A stretch of 64,000 bases of DNA from the human T2T-CHM13v2.0 reference genome, Homo sapiens. Within the stretch, counting starts at the first letter, position 1; every line of letters starts with the position of its first letter. Positions 56,001 through 64,000 of the stretch are shown piece after piece. The stretch is from NCBI RefSeq assembly GCF_009914755.1, contig NC_060947.1. The stretch is one strand, 5' to 3'. The notes beneath the pieces were generated by a model. The model saw only the letters and a program-made list of their open reading frames with translations, was not told the origin of the DNA and searched no databases. The position numbers and the translations under genes are program-made.

Positions 56001-57297
56001 ATGTAAATAAACTAGAAAATCTAGAAGAAATTGATAAATTCCGGGACGCATACATCCTCCCATTTCAAAACCAGGAAGAAGTCAAATCCCTGAATAGACC
56101 AATAACAAGTTCTGAAATTGAGGCAGTAATTAATAATCTACGAAAGAAAAAAAGCCCAGGATCAGATGAATTCACAGTCAAATTCTACCAGAGGTACAAA
56201 GAGGAGATGGTACCATTTCTTCTGAAACTATTTCAAACAATAAAAAAAGAGGGACTCCTCCCTAACTCATTTTATGAGGCCAGCATCATCCTGTTACCAA
56301 ACCTGGCAGAGACACAACAACAAGAACAAAAATTCAGACTAATATCCCTGATGAACATCGATGTGAAAATCTTCAATAAAATACTGGAAAACCAAATCGA
56401 GTAGCACAACATCAAAAAGCGTACCTACCACGAACAAGTAGGCTTCATCCTTGGGATGCAACGCTGGCTCAACATATGCAAATCAATAAACGTAATCCAT
56501 CACATAAACGGAACCAATGACAAAAACCAAATGATTACCTTAATAGGTGCTGAAAAGGCCTTCAATAAAATTCAACACCCCATCATGCAATAAACTCTCA
56601 ATAAACTAGGTATTGATGGAACGTATCTCAAAATAGTAAGAGCTATTTATGACAAACCCACAGCCAATATCATATTGAACGGGCAAAAGTTGGAAGCATT
56701 CCCTTTGAAAACCAGCACAAGACAAGGATACTCTCTCACACCACTCTTATTCAACATAGTATTGGAAGTTCTGGCCAGGGCAATCAGGCAAGAGAAAGAT
56801 ATAAAGGGTATTCAAATAGGAAGAGAGGAAGTCAAACTGTCTCTGTTTGCAGATGACATGATTGTATATTTAGAAAACCCCACCATCTCAGCCCCAAATC
56901 TCCTTAAGCTGATAAGCAACTTCAGCAAAGTCTCAGTATACAAAATTAATTTGCAAAAATCAAAAGCAATCCTATACACAAATAATAGACCAACAGAGAG
57001 CCAAATCATCTGTGAACTCCCATTCACAATTGCTACAAAGGGAATAAAATACCTAGGAATAAAACTTACAAGGGATGTGAAGGACCTCTTCAAAGAGAAC
57101 TAGGAACCACTGCTCAAGGAAATAAGAGAGGACACAAACAAATGGAAAAACATTTCATGTTCATGGATAAGAAGAATCAATATTGTGAAAATGGCCATAT
57201 TGCTGAAAGTAATTTATAAATTCAATGCTATCCCCATCAAGCTACCATTTACTTTCTTCACAGAATTTGAAGAAACTACTTTAAATTTCATAAGGAA

Positions 57298-57331
<34 letters not shown>

Positions 57332-58806
57332 CCCATATAGCCAGGAGAATCCTAAGCAAAAAGAACAAAGCTGGACACATCATGCCACCTGACTTCAAAC
57401 TATACTACCTGGTTACAGTAACCAAAAAAGCATGGTACTGGTACCAAAACAGATATATAGACCAATGGAACAGAACAGAGGCCTCAGAAATAACGCCACA
57501 CATCTACAACCATCTGATCTTTGACAAACCTGACAAAAACAAGCAATGGGGAAAGGATTCCCTATTTAATAAATGGTGTTGAGAAAACTGGCCAGCCATA
57601 TGCAGAAAACTGAAACTGGACCCATTTCTTGCACTTTATAAAAAATTAACTCAAGATGGATTAAAATCTTAAATATATGACCCAAACCATAAAAAAACCT
57701 AGAAGAAAACCTTGGCAGCACCATTCAGGACATAGGAATTGGCAAAGACTTCATGACTAACACAGCAAAAGCAATGGCAACAAAAGCCAAAATTGACACA
57801 TGGTATCTAATTAAACTAAAGAGCTCTGCAAAGCAAAATAAACTATCATTAGAGTGAAAATGCAAATTACAAAATGGAAGAAATTTTTTGCAATCTATCC
57901 ATCTGACAAAGGGCTAATATCCAGAATGTACAAGGAACTTAAACAAATTTACAAGAAAAAAAAAACGAACAATCCCATCAAAAAGTGGGTGAAATATATG
58001 AACAGACACTTCTCAGAAGAAGACATTCATGCAGCTAAGAAACATATGAAAAAAGCTCATCATCAGTGGTCATGAGAGAAATGCAAATCAAAACCACAAT
58101 AAGATACCATCTCACGCAAGTTAGAATGGTGATCATTAAAAAGTCAGGAAACAACAGATGCTGGAGAGGATGTGGAGAAACAGGAATGCTTTTACACTGT
58201 TGGTGGGAGTGTAAATTAGTTTAACCATTGTGGAAGATAGTGTGGCAATTCAACAAGAATCTAGAACCAGAAATACCATTTGACCCAGCAAACCCATTAC
58301 TGGGTATATAGCCAAAGAATTATAAATCATTCTACTATAAAGACACATGCACATGTATGCTTATTGCAGCACTGTTCACAATAGGAAAGACTTGGAATCA
58401 ATCCAAATGCCCATCAATGATAGACTGGATAAAGAAAATGTGGCACATATACACCATGGAATACTACACAGCCATAAAAATGAGTTCATGAGCTTTGCAG
58501 GGACATGGATGAAGCTGGAAACCACCATACTCAGCAAACTAACAAAGGGATAGAAAACCAAACACTGCATGTTCTCACTTATAAGTGGGAGTTGAACAAT
58601 GAGAACACATGGACACAGGGAAGGGAACATTACACACTGGGGCCTGTCAGTGAGTTGGGGGCTAGGGGAAGGCTAGCATTAGGAGAATTACCTAATGTAG
58701 ATGACAGGTTGATGGGTGCAGCAAACCACCATGGCATGTGTATACCTATGTTACAAACCTGCATGTTCTGCACATGTATACCAGAACTTAAATTATAATA
58801 AAAAAA
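53041..58806 (+). mobile_element. L1PA7/8-like element, truncated within the 5'UTR, ORFs disrupted
   Basis: Starts mid-5'UTR at GGGCGGAGCCCACTGCAG; fragmented ORF1/ORF2 (FADD at about 56850); poly(A) at about 58800; flanking TATACTA duplication. Confidence 0.9.
57300..57328. repeat. (CA)n microsatellite inside L1 ORF2
   Basis: GGAACCACACACA...CAAAACCC replaces the A-run in GGAACCAAAAAAGAGCC. Confidence 0.95.
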
Positions 58807-59133
58807 CACTATACTACAAGGCCACAGCATGGTACTGGTACAAAAACAGACAACATAGACCAATGGAACAAAATAGAGAACCCAGAAAGAATGCCACACA
58901 CCTACCAACACCTGATTTTCAAGAAGTCTGACCAAAAAAAAAAAAGCAATGGGGCAAGAACTGGCTATTCAATAAATGGTGTTGAAATAACGGGCTAGCA
59001 ATATCCAGAAGAAATAAACTGGACTCATATATTTCACCACGTACAAAAATTAATGCAAAATGGATAAAATATTTAAATGTAAGACCAAGTACTATAAAAA
59101 TCCAAGAATAAAACCTACGCAATAACCTCTCAA

Positions 59134-59379
59134 ACACCACATGTTCTCACTCATAGGTGGGAATTGAACAATGAGAACACATGGACACAGGAAGGGGAAC
59201 ATCACACTCCGCGGTCTGTTGTGGGGTGGGGGGAAGGGGGAGTGATCGCATTAGGAGATATATCTAATGTTAAATGACGAGTTAATGGGTGCAGCACACC
59301 AACATGGCACATGTATACATATGTAACAAACCTGCACATTGTGCACATGTACCCTAAAACTTAAAGTATAATAAAAAAA
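59134..59379 (+). mobile_element. Short 5'-truncated L1PA4/5 3' end
   Basis: 13-bp TSD AATAACCTCTCAA at 59121-59133 and 59380-59392. Confidence 0.92.
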
Positions 59380-60854
59380 AATAACCTCTCAACATCAGCC
59401 TTGGCAAAGAATTTTTAGCTAATTCTCAAAAGTAATTGCACCAAAACAAAAACTGACATGTGAGATTTAATTAAACTAAAGAGCATTCAGCAAAAGAAAT
59501 AATCAACAGAGTAAACAGAAAACAAAATGGGAGAAAATACTTTCAAACTATGCATCTGAAGATGGACTAATATTCGGAATCTATAAGGAACATAAACAAA
59601 TCAACAAGCAAAAAAACAACCCCTTTTAAAAAATGGACAAAAGATATGAAAAGAAATTTCTCAAAAGTAGACATACAAGCAGCCAACAAACACAAAAAAA
59701 CGCTTATCATCATCAATCATCAGAGAAATGCAAATAAAAACTATAATGAGATACTAGCTCCAACCAGTCAGATGGCTAATATTAAAAAGTCAAAAAATTA
59801 CAGATGCTGGCAAGGCTGCAAACAAAAACATGCTTACACACTGTTGGTAAAGACGTAAACTAGTCCAGCCACTGCAAAAGCAGTTTGGAGATTTCTCAAC
59901 TTAAAACGGAGCTAGAATTCAACCTAACAATCCCATGACTGGGTATACAACCAAAGGAAAGTAAATTGTTCTTCCAAAAAGGTATGTACACTCCTATGTT
60001 TATTGCAGTGTTACTCATAATAGGAATAATACAAAACCAATCTAGGTGACCATAAATGGTGGACTGGATAAAGAAATTGTGGTACTTATACACCATGAAA
60101 TACATCACAGCCATAAAAAGAATAAATCACATCCTTTGCAGCAACATAGATCATGCTGGAGGTGATTATCCTAAGCAAATTATTCAGGAACAGAAAATAA
60201 TATAGTGCATGTTCTCACTTACAAGTGGGAGCTAAACACTGAGTACAAATGGACATAAAAATGGGAACAAAAAACACTAGGGATTACTATAGCGGGAGGG
60301 ACAGATGTGAGCATGGGTTGAAAAACTACCTGTTGGGTACTATGCACACTATCTGGGTGATGAGATTTGGGGTACCGCAAACATCATGCAATATCTTTCT
60401 ATGTCAAATGTGCACATGTAGTCCCAAATCCAAAATAAAATTTAATCACAAGTCAGTAAGAAAGGAAGAAATCAATAGAAAATCTCCAAAATGAACAGAG
60501 TAAAGTAATAAAATGGCAGAATTAAGTCCTTACCTATCAATAATGACATTGAATGTAAATGAATATCTCCATTAACAGCCATAGAGTGGCTGCATGGGCT
60601 TAAAAAAAAAAAGAAAACTAAGACACAACTGCCTACAAGAAACTCACTTCACTTACAGATGCACACATAAACAGAAAATGAAGAAATGGAAAAAAGCTAT
60701 TCCATGTAAATGGAAACCAAAAAGAGCAGGTGTAGCTATACTTATATAAGATAAAATATACCACAAGTGAAAGACTGTAAAAAGAGACAAAGTAGATCAC
60801 TACGTAATAAAAAAGTCATCAATCCAGCAATAGATTATTACAATTATAAGTATC

Positions 60855-64000
<3,146 letters not shown>

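Larger units (their letters stand above)
52060..60445 (+). mobile_element. L1PB-like ORF2 3' half plus 3'UTR, host of an Alu and two L1PA insertions
   Basis: [13 protein letters not shown] at about 52065; own parts 52060-53040, 58806-59133 and 59380-60445. Confidence 0.75.

Overview
This is primate, human-like genomic DNA made almost entirely of nested retroelements. It holds about 15 LINE-1 pieces (L1PA2-L1PA7 plus older L1PB/L1M), two class-I ERV proviruses (a MER61/MER4-group element with a tRNA-Gly PBS and HERV9/LTR12 with a tRNA-Arg PBS), THE1, MER4, MLT1, MLT2 and LTR9-like LTRs, two Alus and DNA-transposon relics. I found no host gene, RNA gene or CRISPR array, and every recognisable long ORF is a broken L1 ORF1/ORF2 or ERV gag. 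I found no evidence for a new biological system; the interest lies in the retrotransposition and repair history. Highlights are: (1) a spliced full-length L1 (SpIRE97/622) nested four levels deep, keeping a 576-aa endonuclease-intact ORF2 frame; (2) a 28.5-32 kb locus best explained as a twin-primed, 3'-transducing L1 inserted into an LTR9, later scrambled by an L1-L1 inversion that left its two TSDs in opposite orientation; (3) a 5'-inverted L1 whose antisense-promoter region and a new ATG face ORF2; (4) a 125-bp inverted templated insertion copied from about 1.2 kb away. Subfamily names come from recalled consensus diagnostics and need RepeatMasker/Dfam confirmation.
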